Positions 1 to 8,806 of a DNA stretch of 52,531 bases are shown one piece after another (position 1 is the first letter of the stretch; every line of letters begins with the position of its first letter). The notes beneath the pieces are model-generated. The model was not told where the DNA came from, made no database searches, and saw only the letters and a program-made list of their open reading frames with translations. The stretch comes from Gammaproteobacteria bacterium (GTDB lineage Bacteria; Pseudomonadota; Gammaproteobacteria; SURF-13): NCBI GenBank assembly GCA_030655395.1, contig JAURVQ010000046.1, positions 1 through 52,531 of the forward strand. The letters are read 5' to 3'. The position numbers and the translations under genes are program-made.

Positions 1-1205
1 ACCATGTCCGGGTTGGCGAAATTACAGATGATGACGTCGTACTTGCCGCTGTCGATCGCCTTGATAAGCTTTTCGGTGACCTCAAGCGCGCTCATCTCCG
101 GCTTGAGATCATACGTCGCCACGTTGGGTGAGGGGATGAGGATGCGGTCTTCGCCCTCGAACGGCTGCTCCTCGCCGCCGTTGAAGAAGAACGTCACGTG
201 CGCGTATTTTTCGGTCTCGGCGATGCGCAACTGGCGCAGGCCGTGGCGCGCGATGTGGGCGCCGAACACGTTGTGCAGCCGCTCCGAGGGAAACGCCACC
301 GGCACGTCAAACTCGTCGTTGTATTCGGTGAGGCTCACGAAGGCGCCGAGCTTCGGTGTCGCCGCGCGCGTGAAGCCGTTGAAGTCCGGCTCGATGAAGG
401 CGCGCGTGATCTGGCGTGCGCGGTCGGAGCGGAAATTCATGAACACGGCCACATCACCGTCCTGCATGCGCACCGCAGGCAGCATGGCGGTGGCCTTGAC
501 GAACTCGTCGGACTCGCCGCGCGCGTAGGCGAGCTCGAGCGCCGCGCTCGCCGTAGGCGCCTGAAATTCCGCCTTGCCCTGCGTGATGAGGTCGTACGCG
601 GCCTGAACGCGCGGCCAGCGATGGTCGCGGTCCATGGCGTAATAGCGCCCGATGATTGAGGCGATGCGCCCGTGACCGAGCGCGGCGCACTTGTCTTCCA
701 GTAATTTGATCGACGCCGCAGCGCTCTTGGGCGAGGTGTCGCGCCCGTCGAGGAAGGCGTGAACGTATACTTTCTTCGCGCCGCGTTTCACCGCAAGCTC
801 CAGCATGGCGAGGATATGTTCCTCGTGACTGTGCACACCGCCCGGCGACAACAGGCCCATGATGTGCAGCGCGTGGCCGCCGCTCATGGCCTGATCCACG
901 GCGCGCGTGAGAGTCTGGTTGGTGAAGAACGCGCCGCTCTTGATGGCGCGGCTGATGCGCGAGAATTCCTGGTATACCACGCGTCCGGCGCCGAGGTTCA
1001 GGTGGCCGACCTCGGAGTTACCCATCTGGTCGGCGGGCAGCCCGACATCGGTGCCGGAGGTGCGCAGCAGCGTGTGCGGGCAGGTGCTCCACAGCCGTTC
1101 CCATACGGGTTTGCGTGCGTGGTAGATCGCGTTACCGGTGGGGTTTTCGCTATAACCCCAGCCATCGAGAATGGCAAGGAGCAGGGGTCTGGGCACGGAT
1201 GACAT
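1..1205 (-). CDS. gpmI: 2,3-bisphosphoglycerate-independent phosphoglycerate mutase, 3' end runs off the window
   Basis: Not in the ORF track because there is no stop in the window. Manual translation from ATG 1205 gives [17 protein letters not shown]...[17 protein letters not shown]...[14 protein letters not shown]. Divergent from rhodanese-grxC-secB-gpsA, the usual gammaproteobacterial order. Confidence 0.95.
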   Translation of the reverse strand, partial: MSSVPRPLLLAILDGWGYSENPTGNAIYHARKPVWERLWSTCPHTLLRTSGTDVGLPADQMGNSEVGHLNLGAGRVVYQEFSRISRAIKSGAFFTNQTLTRAVDQAMSGGHALHIMGLLSPGGVHSHEEHILAMLELAVKRGAKKVYVHAFLDGRDTSPKSAAASIKLLEDKCAALGHGRIASIIGRYYAMDRDHRWPRVQAAYDLITQGKAEFQAPTASAALELAYARGESDEFVKATAMLPAVRMQDGDVAVFMNFRSDRARQITRAFIEPDFNGFTRAATPKLGAFVSLTEYNDEFDVPVAFPSERLHNVFGAHIARHGLRQLRIAETEKYAHVTFFFNGGEEQPFEGEDRILIPSPNVATYDLKPEMSALEVTEKLIKAIDSGKYDVIICNFANPDM

Positions 1206-1304
1206 AATGTGGCGTATTTAAATGATCTTATGCATATAGCTTGCGAGGCCGTTATTATATAATGTTTAAGTGGCCAGCACACCCCGCTTCCAACGACGAG
1301 TCTC

Positions 1305-1730
1305 ATGCAACAGTTCTTCGCCTTCGTAGTCAACCACTGGATATTATTTCTGGCGCTCGTCGTGATCAGCGTGTTGCTGGGCGCGACCCTGCTGTCCGAG
1401 GTGTTGCTCGGGTTCAAGTCGGTCACCCCGGCGGCGGCGACGCAGCTCATCAACCGCGAGGGCGCAGTGGTGCTCGATGTGCGCGAAGAAAGAGACTTCC
1501 GCGCGGGCCACATCGTCAATGCCAAGCACGTGCCGCTCACGGCGCTGGAGGCGCGGCTCAAGGAACTGGACAAAATGAGAGACACCCCGCTCATAGTGAC
1601 CTGCCAGAACGGACAATTTTCCGCGCGTGCAGGCGATATCCTGCGCAAGCACGGCTTTACCCGGATCTATAAACTGGGCGGCGGCCTGATGACATGGAAG
1701 GACGCCAAGCTGCCCTTGGTGACGACCTAA
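1305..1730 (+). CDS. Rhodanese-like domain membrane protein (YibN-like)
   Basis: N-terminal TM helix, DVRE..F..GHI and LGGG..W motifs; sits before grxC-secB. Confidence 0.9.
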   Translation: MQQFFAFVVNHWILFLALVVISVLLGATLLSEVLLGFKSVTPAAATQLINREGAVVLDVREERDFRAGHIVNAKHVPLTALEARLKELDKMRDTPLIVTCQNGQFSARAGDILRKHGFTRIYKLGGGLMTWKDAKLPLVTT

Positions 1731-1731
1731 G

Positions 1732-2001
1732 GTGCCCGTGCCCGAAGTCACTGTCTACAGCACCGGCATGTGCCCCTACTGCGTGCGGGCGCGCCAGTTG
1801 CTCGAACGCAAAGGGGTGCATTACACGGAACATCGCGTCGACGAGCAGCCCCATTTGCGCCACGAAATGGAGTCGAAGAGCCGGCGGCGCAGCGTGCCGC
1901 AAATCTTCATCAACGACTTGCACGTCGGTGGTTTCGATGAACTCGCGCAGCTCGATCGTAACGGCCAACTGGAGGCGCTGCTGCAGGGCAGCACCGTCTG
2001 A
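1732..2001 (+). CDS. grxC: Glutaredoxin 3
   Basis: CPYC, SVPQIFI and GGFDEL motifs; synteny. GTG start could be 1732 or 1738. Confidence 0.93.
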   Translation: MPVPEVTVYSTGMCPYCVRARQLLERKGVHYTEHRVDEQPHLRHEMESKSRRRSVPQIFINDLHVGGFDELAQLDRNGQLEALLQGSTV

Positions 2002-2033
2002 AGCGCCATAAATGACATTCAGGAAAAAACTAA

Positions 2034-2507
2034 ATGACCGCCACATCTGAAGCACAAAAACCCGCCGAAGACGGCGCACAGTTCTCCATCCAGAAGGTGT
2101 ACATCAAGGACCTCTCGTTCGAGGCGCCGAATACGCCGCAGATGTTCACCGAACAATGGGCGCCGCACATCGATCTGCATCTGCAAAGCAAGGCGGCCCA
2201 ACTCGAAGAGACCGTGCACGAGATCGTGCTCACGGTCACCGTCACCGCGAAGCTCGGCGAAAAAACCGCGTATCTGGTGGAGGTGCAGCAGGCGGGTATT
2301 TTCACCCTCCAGGGTTTTGCGCCACAAGACCTTGCGCGCACGCTGGGCAGCTTCTGCCCCAACATCCTGTTTCCGTTCGCGCGCGAAGCGGTGGCGGAGC
2401 TGGTGAGCAAGGGCGGTTTTCCGCAACTCCTGCTCACGCCGGTAAATTTCGACGCCATCTACGCACACATGCAGAAGCAGGGCGCGGACAAGGAAGTTGA
2501 ACACTAG
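2034..2507 (+). CDS. secB: Protein-export chaperone SecB
   Basis: IQKVYIKDLSFEAP, EVQQAGIF, CPNILFPFARE, PVNFDA. Confidence 0.97.
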   Translation: MTATSEAQKPAEDGAQFSIQKVYIKDLSFEAPNTPQMFTEQWAPHIDLHLQSKAAQLEETVHEIVLTVTVTAKLGEKTAYLVEVQQAGIFTLQGFAPQDLARTLGSFCPNILFPFAREAVAELVSKGGFPQLLLTPVNFDAIYAHMQKQGADKEVEH

Positions 2508-2513
2508 CGGGCA

Positions 2514-3527
2514 GTGCCGGTGAAGGCATCCTCACCCATCGCCGTACTCGGCGCCGGGTCGTGGGGCACGGCGCTTGCAGTCCTCCTCGCGCGCAACGGC
2601 CAACCCACCGTGCTGTGGGGGCGCAACGCGGAGTTCATGGCGCAGCTTGCGCAAACGCGCCGCAACTCACGTTTTTTACCCGACGCCGCGTTTCCCGAAA
2701 ATTTACAGACCACGGACGATCTTGCCCGCGCCTTGGGCGTGGCGAGTGATTGCCTGATCGCGGTGCCGAGCCACGGCTTCCGTGACACGCTGCAACTGCT
2801 GGCCCCACACGCACCGTCATCCCTGCGCATCGCCTGCGCCACCAAAGGCATGGAACCCGGCAGCGGAAGCCTGCCGCATCAGATAGCCCAGGAGGTTTTG
2901 GGCGCTGCCCATTCATTCGCCGTGATCTCCGGCCCCACCTTCGCGCGCGAAGTCGCCGCCGGCCTGCCCACCGCAGTCACTGTCGCTTCGAAAAATGCAG
3001 AATTTTCCGCCGACCTCGCCGCACGATTACACAGCGACGGCTTTCGCGCCTATACCTCGGACGACGTGACCGGCGTGGAATTAGGTGGTGCCATTAAAAA
3101 TGTACTCGCCATCGCCGCCGGCATTGCGGACGGCCTCGGCTTTGGCGCCAACACCCGCGCCGCGCTCATCACGCGCGGCCTTGCCGAAATGATGCGCCTG
3201 GGTGTCGCGCTCGGCGGTCAGCGCGAAACCTTCATGGGCCTCGCAGGATTAGGCGACCTCGTCCTCACCTGCACCGACGACCAGTCACGCAACCGGCGTC
3301 TGGGGCTCGCACTCGCGCGCGGCACACCGCTCGCGGATGCGCTGCGTGACATCGGCCAAATTGTGGAAGGCGTTGCCACCGCGCGCGAAGTCATGCGCCT
3401 GGCGAAAGCGCACGCAATCGAAATGCCCATCAGTGAACAGGTATGCAGCGTGCTGCATGAAGGCAAGACCCCGCGCAACGCGGTGCATGCCCTGCTCGCA
3501 CGCGAACAGAAAGCGGAAACGATTTAA
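2514..3527 (+). CDS. gpsA: NAD(P)H-dependent glycerol-3-phosphate dehydrogenase
   Basis: GAGSWGTALA, SGPTFAREV, GLGDLVLTCTDDQSRNRR. Confidence 0.97.
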   Translation: MPVKASSPIAVLGAGSWGTALAVLLARNGQPTVLWGRNAEFMAQLAQTRRNSRFLPDAAFPENLQTTDDLARALGVASDCLIAVPSHGFRDTLQLLAPHAPSSLRIACATKGMEPGSGSLPHQIAQEVLGAAHSFAVISGPTFAREVAAGLPTAVTVASKNAEFSADLAARLHSDGFRAYTSDDVTGVELGGAIKNVLAIAAGIADGLGFGANTRAALITRGLAEMMRLGVALGGQRETFMGLAGLGDLVLTCTDDQSRNRRLGLALARGTPLADALRDIGQIVEGVATAREVMRLAKAHAIEMPISEQVCSVLHEGKTPRNAVHALLAREQKAETI

Positions 3528-3539
3528 AACTTTATAAAG

Positions 3540-3619
3540 GTAGGTCGAATCAAGCGCAGTGGATTCGACATTTTAGACGTTAGTCATACGTCGGCTCCGC
3601 ACAGCTTGAGCCGACCTAC
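3540..3619. repeat. GTAG-ended REP doublet (REPIN-like), family A copy 1
   Basis: GTAGGTCGAATC-aagcgcagtg-GATTCGAC ... GTCGGCTC-cgcacagctt-GAGCCGACCTAC: two hairpins in inverted orientation with GTAG/CTAC ends. Confidence 0.85.
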
Positions 3620-3739
3620 GAAGCTGCTTGAAGGATGACAGCTGCAGGCGCAGAATGGTTTTTTTGTATACCGACCGATTTGCCAACCAATGCACGTTAG
3701 ATATCTGGAGACGAACATGAGCGGCAACTGGGAGGACGT

Positions 3740-4465
3740 ATGAGCGACAGTTCGGTCGAGAGTCGTGCTGAAACCGCAGCGCGCATCGTTGGACTCCTTT
3801 GCTTCCTCCTGATGGCAGGTTGCGCCGGGTTAGAGCGCGAGCCGCCCCAGGCCGGCGCGATGCAGAGTGGGTCCGTTGCGGTCGAGCCGGTGGTGCCCTC
3901 ACCCGCACCGTCCGTTGCAGTTGAGCCGGTGGTTCACCCACCCGCGCCGTCCGTTGCGGCCGAGCCGGTGGTTCGCCCAGCCACGCCGTCCGTTGCAGTC
4001 GCGCCAGTGATCCGCCCGGCCACGCCGTCCATAACCCGTTCCACAGACCAGAGCGTCGCCAAGACCGACTCGCCGGGCGACAAGACCCCTGCAAAGGTTT
4101 CCGTGCCTACGGAGCAGATCGGGAAGAAGGAGAGCGCTGTTCCAAGCCTTGGGAAGCAGGAGGCGTCGCCGCCGCTGGATCTGGCCTCTCTGGAGAAGCG
4201 ACTCCGAGAGACCAAAGCCATCGGTGTGTTCACCAAGATCGCGCTCAAGAATCAGGTAGACGACCTGCTGAATCAATTCCGGGCGTACTACCAGGGGCGG
4301 GTCAGAGCTACTCTCGCCGAGCTCCGGCAAGCATATGATCGGCTGCTCCTTAAGGTGCTCTCTCTCCTGCAGGACAGCGACCAGTCACTGGCCAGAGCGA
4401 TCGTGGCATCGCGCGATGCGATCTGGAATATCCTTGCGGATCCGGTCAAATTTTCAACCCTCTAA
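3740..4465 (+). CDS. Hypothetical lipoprotein-like protein with a Pro/Val/Ala-rich 13-aa tandem repeat
   Basis: GGAGG RBS; hydrophobic stretch ending LMAG-C (lipobox-like); four copies of (P/G)SVA(V/A)(E/A)PV(V/I)xxxx; helical C-terminal domain. Confidence 0.75.
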   Translation: MSDSSVESRAETAARIVGLLCFLLMAGCAGLEREPPQAGAMQSGSVAVEPVVPSPAPSVAVEPVVHPPAPSVAAEPVVRPATPSVAVAPVIRPATPSITRSTDQSVAKTDSPGDKTPAKVSVPTEQIGKKESAVPSLGKQEASPPLDLASLEKRLRETKAIGVFTKIALKNQVDDLLNQFRAYYQGRVRATLAELRQAYDRLLLKVLSLLQDSDQSLARAIVASRDAIWNILADPVKFSTL

Positions 4466-4486
4466 TCTGATGGCAGGAGAAACACC

Positions 4487-4741
4487 ATGAGCATACGTGT
4501 GAAGGGTTGGGTTCTGATTGTTGTAATGACGGCATTCTTTGCTGGGCCGTTGCTCGCAGAGGATGAGCCATCGCTCCTCAAGGATATGACGGCCGTGATT
4601 GCGCTGCTGGGTTTGTCATGTGGTCAGGTCGTCAGCGCCACGCAGCAAGCGGACAACGACCACATCGTGTCCTGTCAGGACGGGAATCGCTACCGGGTAT
4701 TTGTAAACGACGAGGGCCGGGTCGTCGCGCAGAAACAATAA
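4487..4741 (+). CDS. Small secreted hypothetical protein with two Cys
   Basis: AGGAG RBS, Sec-type signal peptide, CGQV...CQDGNRY. Confidence 0.75.
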   Translation: MSIRVKGWVLIVVMTAFFAGPLLAEDEPSLLKDMTAVIALLGLSCGQVVSATQQADNDHIVSCQDGNRYRVFVNDEGRVVAQKQ

Positions 4742-4825
4742 GAGGCAGCGGCCTGCGCATGGCGAATTCGGGCTCGGCGCTCGCACGCGAACAGAAGGCG
4801 GAAACGACTTGACTACTTAATAAAC

Positions 4826-4896
4826 GTAGGTCGAATCAAGCGCAGCGGATTCGACATTAATGATGTGTCTACTCTGCACGGCTTGAGCCGACCTAC
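4826..4896. repeat. GTAG-ended REP doublet, family A copy 2
   Basis: The first 33 nt match copy 1 at 32/33 positions; ends GCTTGAGCCGACCTAC. Confidence 0.85.
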
Positions 4897-4935
4897 GCAG
4901 TTTGCTATGTGCCTTTCAGGGGTAGTGTCATTACC

Positions 4936-5040
4936 TCAACGTTTGGACTCTTTCTTGGATTTCTTCGCGGCCCTTTTTTCTTTCATGGTCTTGGCCGGTT
5001 GCTTCTTGGTTTCCTTCTTGCTGTCTACGCCTTTACTCAT
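4936..5040 (-). CDS. 34-aa Lys-rich small protein
   Basis: Below the ORF-track cutoff. MSKGVDSKKETKKQPAKTMKEKRAAKKSKKESKR*, preceded by AGGAG with an 8-nt spacer. Confidence 0.7.
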   Translation of the reverse strand: MSKGVDSKKETKKQPAKTMKEKRAAKKSKKESKR

Positions 5041-5076
5041 GGGTTTCGCTCCTGTGTATCCAAGTTATGAAGAGTA

Positions 5077-5159
5077 GTAGGTCGGCTCAATGCGTGGCCG
5101 GAGCCGACAACGCCTGATATATTAGCAGTGTCGGATACGCTACGCTTGATTCGACCTAC
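5077..5159. repeat. GTAG-ended REP doublet, family A copy 3 (inverted)
   Basis: GTAGGTCGGCTCAA...GAGCCGAC ... GCTTGATTCGACCTAC, the reverse orientation of copies 1 and 2. Confidence 0.85.
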
Positions 5160-5221
5160 GAAGATGCATAGCGCAGTGACACGGTTGGCTGTCTGTATGA
5201 AGCAGGCGTTACGCGAGAAGG

Positions 5222-5467
5222 CTAATGAGTGCCTCGCAACAGACCCTCTATACTTAGGTCCTCGTCAATTTCCGGCCAATGGATTCCCTCGCCATCGCCA
5301 AGAAGCTCATAATTCTCCAACTGGCTTCTGGTGGCATTCGATAAACGCGGGAACCAGACTAGCGGGACTGTTACTTTTCGGCCGTCCACCAGAGAGACGA
5401 CCAAATCGTCATCTGTAAACTCAACATTCTGAGCAAAAGGATGTGCTTCAACCGCTAATGTGCTCAT
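5222..5467 (-). CDS. DUF2442-family protein (putative antitoxin-like partner)
   Basis: L.DGR...VPL.WFPRL..AT...L.N.EL.G.G.GIHWP.IDEDLSI.GLL. Start moved to ATG 5467, which overlaps the upstream gene. Confidence 0.85.
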   Translation of the reverse strand: MSTLAVEAHPFAQNVEFTDDDLVVSLVDGRKVTVPLVWFPRLSNATRSQLENYELLGDGEGIHWPEIDEDLSIEGLLRGTH

Positions 5468-5684
5468 TCCAAGCCTCCAAGAGTTTGCCTCTGTTATCTT
5501 CAACGAGTCTCTGAATTGCTCGCAGCTCATGGGAGCTGAAGCGCTTTGAACCTGTCAACGAAACCGGATTTAACCAAAACTTAGCAAGAAATCGCTCGCG
5601 TTGCACGTGAACGTGTGGCGGCTCTCCTTTCTCGTTGCTATAGAAATAGAAACGGTATGGCCCAATCCTGAGTATAGTTGGCAT
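5448..5684 (-). CDS. DUF4160-family protein (putative toxin-like partner)
   Basis: MPTI...GPYRFYFYSNE..EPPHVHV...AKFWL...LLEAWNEH. Confidence 0.88.
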   Translation of the reverse strand: MPTILRIGPYRFYFYSNEKGEPPHVHVQRERFLAKFWLNPVSLTGSKRFSSHELRAIQRLVEDNRGKLLEAWNEHISG

Positions 5685-5861
5685 GCCTAGCTGGCTACCC
5701 GCTCAATAATCCGTAACCGCAACACAAACCGCTCCCACGCTACCTGGGGCCACCGTCATGCAATAACGCATTAAAATGCGTGCTTACATGCACCATCATC
5801 GTCGGGCTCGCTGTGCTGTAATGTACCCCGAACCCGCCCACTCCTCAAGGTTGGCAATCGC

Positions 5862-6326
5862 TTAATCCGCCCCGGCAAAATTCTGCTGTCGCCAGGCTTC
5901 GTACAACACAACCGCCACCGCGTTGGAGAGGTTGAGGCTGCGGTTGTGGGGCTGCATGGGGATGCGCAGGATGTGGTCTTTGGGCAAGGCATCGAGCACG
6001 GTTTGCGGCAGGCCACGGGTTTCGGGGCCGAACAGCAGTGCATCATCCGGCTGATAAGAAACATCCGCATAGTTGCGCGTACCGCGCGTGGAAATCGCAA
6101 ACAGGCGTAGGGGCCGCACGGTTTCTTTGAAGGCATCGAGGTTGTCGTGCTGCTGCACGCTGGCCCAGTCATGATAATCGAGTCCGGCGCGTTTGAGCTT
6201 GCTGTCGGTGGGGCTGAAGCCCAGGGGTTTGATCAAGTGCAATTGCGCGCCGCTGTTCGCGCATAGGCGTATAATGTTGCCCGTGTTGGGGGGAATCTCA
6301 GGCTCGAATAACACAACGTGAAACAT
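5862..6326 (-). CDS. trmL: tRNA (cytidine/uridine-34 2'-O)-methyltransferase
   Basis: EPEIPPNTGNIIRLCAN, RAGLDY, FGPETRGLP, RSLNLSN. Confidence 0.96.
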   Translation of the reverse strand: MFHVVLFEPEIPPNTGNIIRLCANSGAQLHLIKPLGFSPTDSKLKRAGLDYHDWASVQQHDNLDAFKETVRPLRLFAISTRGTRNYADVSYQPDDALLFGPETRGLPQTVLDALPKDHILRIPMQPHNRSLNLSNAVAVVLYEAWRQQNFAGAD

Positions 6327-6354
6327 GAAAGATATTAACGGGGGCAGTCAGGAC

Positions 6355-7302
6355 ATGCTGGCGATGGAGTTCTGCGGCATGCGCTTCAATACGCCGCTGG
6401 TGCTGCTCTCCGGTTGCGTGGGGTTCGGTGAAGAATACACGCGCGTGAACGGATTTTCCAATCGCGACGCGGGCGCGGTATGCCTGAAGGGCACCACACT
6501 CAAGGCCCGCCTCGGCAATGCGCCGCACCGGGTGTGGGAAACGCCGATGGGGATGTTGAACGCCATCGGGCTGCAAAACCCCGGCACGGAATACGTCATC
6601 AGAAACATTTTACCCACGCTCGATTTCAGCGAGACGCGCTTCATCGCCAACCTCTCCGGCTCCACGGTAGAGGAATACGCGGAGATCACGCGCCTGTTCG
6701 ACGACTCACCCATCGACGCGATGGAGATCAACATCTCCTGTCCCAACGTGAAAGAGGGCGGCGTGGCGTTCGGCAACGACCCGGACATGTCGGCGCGCGT
6801 GGTCGCGGCCTGTCGCGCGCAGACCAGGAAGCCGCTCATCACCAAGCTCTCGCCCAACCAGACCGACATCGCGGAGAACGCGCGCCGCTGTATCGAGGCG
6901 GGCACCGATGCGTTCGCGGTCATCAACACCCTCATGGGCATGGCGGTGGACATCGAGCGGCGCACGCCGGTGCTGGGCAACGTACAAGGCGGGCTGTCCG
7001 GCCCGGCCATCAAACCCATCGCGCTGCTCAAGATGCATCAGGTGTATCAGGTGGCGAAGAAACACAACATCCCCATCATCGGGCAGGGCGGCATCACGAC
7101 GGCAGAAGACGCGCTGGAGTTCATGATTGCCGGCGCCAGCGCGGTGGGCGTGGGCACGGCACTGTTTTACGATCCGCTGGTGTGCGCCAAGATCAACGCG
7201 GGTATCGTGGCCTATCTCAAGCGCCATGGCATGAGCAGCGTCGCGCAACTGGTGGGTACGCTCAAGAGCAACCACGACACACCTGACGGCGGCTCTATTT
7301 AA
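6355..7302 (+). CDS. pyrD: Dihydroorotate dehydrogenase, family 1 (1B-like catalytic subunit)
   Basis: GMLNAIGLQNPG, EINISCPNV, KLSPN, GGLSGPAIKPIAL. ATG 6325 would overlap the trmL start, so 6355 is preferred. Confidence 0.9.
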   Translation: MLAMEFCGMRFNTPLVLLSGCVGFGEEYTRVNGFSNRDAGAVCLKGTTLKARLGNAPHRVWETPMGMLNAIGLQNPGTEYVIRNILPTLDFSETRFIANLSGSTVEEYAEITRLFDDSPIDAMEINISCPNVKEGGVAFGNDPDMSARVVAACRAQTRKPLITKLSPNQTDIAENARRCIEAGTDAFAVINTLMGMAVDIERRTPVLGNVQGGLSGPAIKPIALLKMHQVYQVAKKHNIPIIGQGGITTAEDALEFMIAGASAVGVGTALFYDPLVCAKINAGIVAYLKRHGMSSVAQLVGTLKSNHDTPDGGSI

Positions 7303-7816
7303 GCAGTTCCCGCTCCGGGAAATCAAAATCGCGCGGGTCGCCAGCAGGGTAGACTTGGGCGATTACCTTGTCGTCATCGCCAAACACCACCACGATGCTT
7401 TTCCACGGCAGTGGGCGCGGCCCCTGGGTGGGAAAATAGAAGATGCGCGGCTTGCCTGCCTCATACATGATGGGTATTTGGACGGGCTGTTCGTGGCCTA
7501 TAAAGCCGCAGGGTGCTGTCGGCGGCCGGTCATGAGTCTGGAGCAGGTTTTTGTCCGCATCGTAAAGATAGGCGCTCACACGAACCTCGGCGAGCGATAC
7601 CGCTTTGACGGAGGTCACCTCAACCTTTATCGCGGTGACGTCATCCGCGCAATGCGTGCCGATCAGTATCGAGGTGCCCCCGGCATCGGCATGTGTGATG
7701 CTGTTGATGGTGTAGCCATGCGTGCTGTCGGCCCGGCTCTCGGTGGCGGCGCCGAGAAAAGCCATTAACAGGAACGGTAGCGTTGTTGCGAGGAGTCTGT
7801 GTGATTGCATGAGCAT
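7295..7816 (-). CDS. Hypothetical secreted protein
   Basis: Signal-peptide-like N terminus and CCAGGA upstream; fills the pyrD-purU gap; no family recognised. Confidence 0.6.
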   Translation of the reverse strand: MLMQSHRLLATTLPFLLMAFLGAATESRADSTHGYTINSITHADAGGTSILIGTHCADDVTAIKVEVTSVKAVSLAEVRVSAYLYDADKNLLQTHDRPPTAPCGFIGHEQPVQIPIMYEAGKPRIFYFPTQGPRPLPWKSIVVVFGDDDKVIAQVYPAGDPRDFDFPERELLK

Positions 7817-7859
7817 GTGTATTTCCTGGGTGGTTGGGAGGCCGGTTCCAAAGTTCTGC

Positions 7860-8720
7860 TTATTTGAATACTACGGCACGCTCGCCATGTACCAGCACGC
7901 GGTCTTCCACATGATAGCGCACGCCGCGCGAGAGCACGGTCTTTTCCACGTCGCGCCCGAGGCGGATTAAATCTTCAACGGACTCGCTGTGATCCACCCG
8001 GATCACATCCTGCTCGATGATGGGGCCTGCATCGAGTTCGTGGGTCACATAGTGGCAGGTCGCGCCGATCTGCTTCACGCCGCGCTCGAAGGCCTGATGG
8101 TAGGGCCGCGCACCGACGAAGGCGGGCAACAGGCCGTGATGGATGTTGATGATGCGGTTTGGATAGGCATTGCAAAAATCGTCCGGCAGGACCTGCATGT
8201 AACGCGCCAGCACGATGGCATCCGCCGAGTGCTGTTCGCACAGATCCAGAATCTTTGCGTGCGCCGGTTTTTTGTTTTGCGGCGTCACCGGTACATGAAT
8301 ATACGGAATGCCGTGCCACTCGGCGAGACTTCTCAAGGCGTCGTGATTGGAGATTACGCAGGGGATATCGAAATCAAACTCCTTGCTGCGCCAGCGGTAC
8401 AGCAGGTCGGCGAGGCAGTGATCCTGCTGGCTCGCTAAAAGCACGACGCGTTTTTTCACCGCCGAGTCACTGATGTTCCACTGCATGTTGAAAGCGCCGG
8501 CGATGGGCGCGAAAAGTGTGCGGAATTCGTCCGCTCCAAAGGGCAATGAAGCGGCGAGTATCTCCTGGCGCATGAAAAAGTGCCGCGTGTCCGGCTCGCT
8601 GTGGCTGGCGCTCTCGCCGATGGTGCCGTTGTGCGCCGCGATGAACGAACTTACCGCGGCAATGATGCCGGGGCGGTCGGGGCAGGTCAGCGTCAATAGA
8701 TAACGGCGTGTGGTAGTCAT
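7860..8720 (-). CDS. purU: Formyltetrahydrofolate deformylase
   Basis: ACT domain CPDRPGIIAAVS; LARYMQVL, INIHH, GATCHYVT.ELDAGPIIEQ. Confidence 0.96.
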   Translation of the reverse strand: MTTTRRYLLTLTCPDRPGIIAAVSSFIAAHNGTIGESASHSEPDTRHFFMRQEILAASLPFGADEFRTLFAPIAGAFNMQWNISDSAVKKRVVLLASQQDHCLADLLYRWRSKEFDFDIPCVISNHDALRSLAEWHGIPYIHVPVTPQNKKPAHAKILDLCEQHSADAIVLARYMQVLPDDFCNAYPNRIINIHHGLLPAFVGARPYHQAFERGVKQIGATCHYVTHELDAGPIIEQDVIRVDHSESVEDLIRLGRDVEKTVLSRGVRYHVEDRVLVHGERAVVFK

Positions 8721-8736
8721 GGTATTAAGTCAGCAA

Positions 8737-8798
8737 GTAGGGTGCATTCTATGCACCAAACATATGACAAACAACACGGTGCATGGAATGCACCCTAC
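8737..8798. repeat. GTAG-ended REP doublet, family B
   Basis: GTAGGGTGCATTCTATGCACC ... GGTGCATGGAATGCACCCTAC. Confidence 0.85.
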
Positions 8799-8806
8799 GA
8801 AACTGA

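Noticed and set aside
4-1202. Plus-strand ORFs over gpmI, and similar long antisense ORFs over glnA, ahcY, tkt, rpoD and fba
   Set aside because: Shadow ORFs expected in GC-rich coding DNA, with no motifs or RBS support.
3870-4032. 39-bp tandem repeats as a CRISPR array
   Set aside because: The units are contiguous, in frame and have no unique spacers; no cas genes are present. It is a coding linker repeat.
3540-5159. Palindromes between small genes as integron attC sites
   Set aside because: They have GTAG/CTAC REP ends rather than RYYYAAC/GTTRRRY cores, occur in mixed orientation, and no intI is present.
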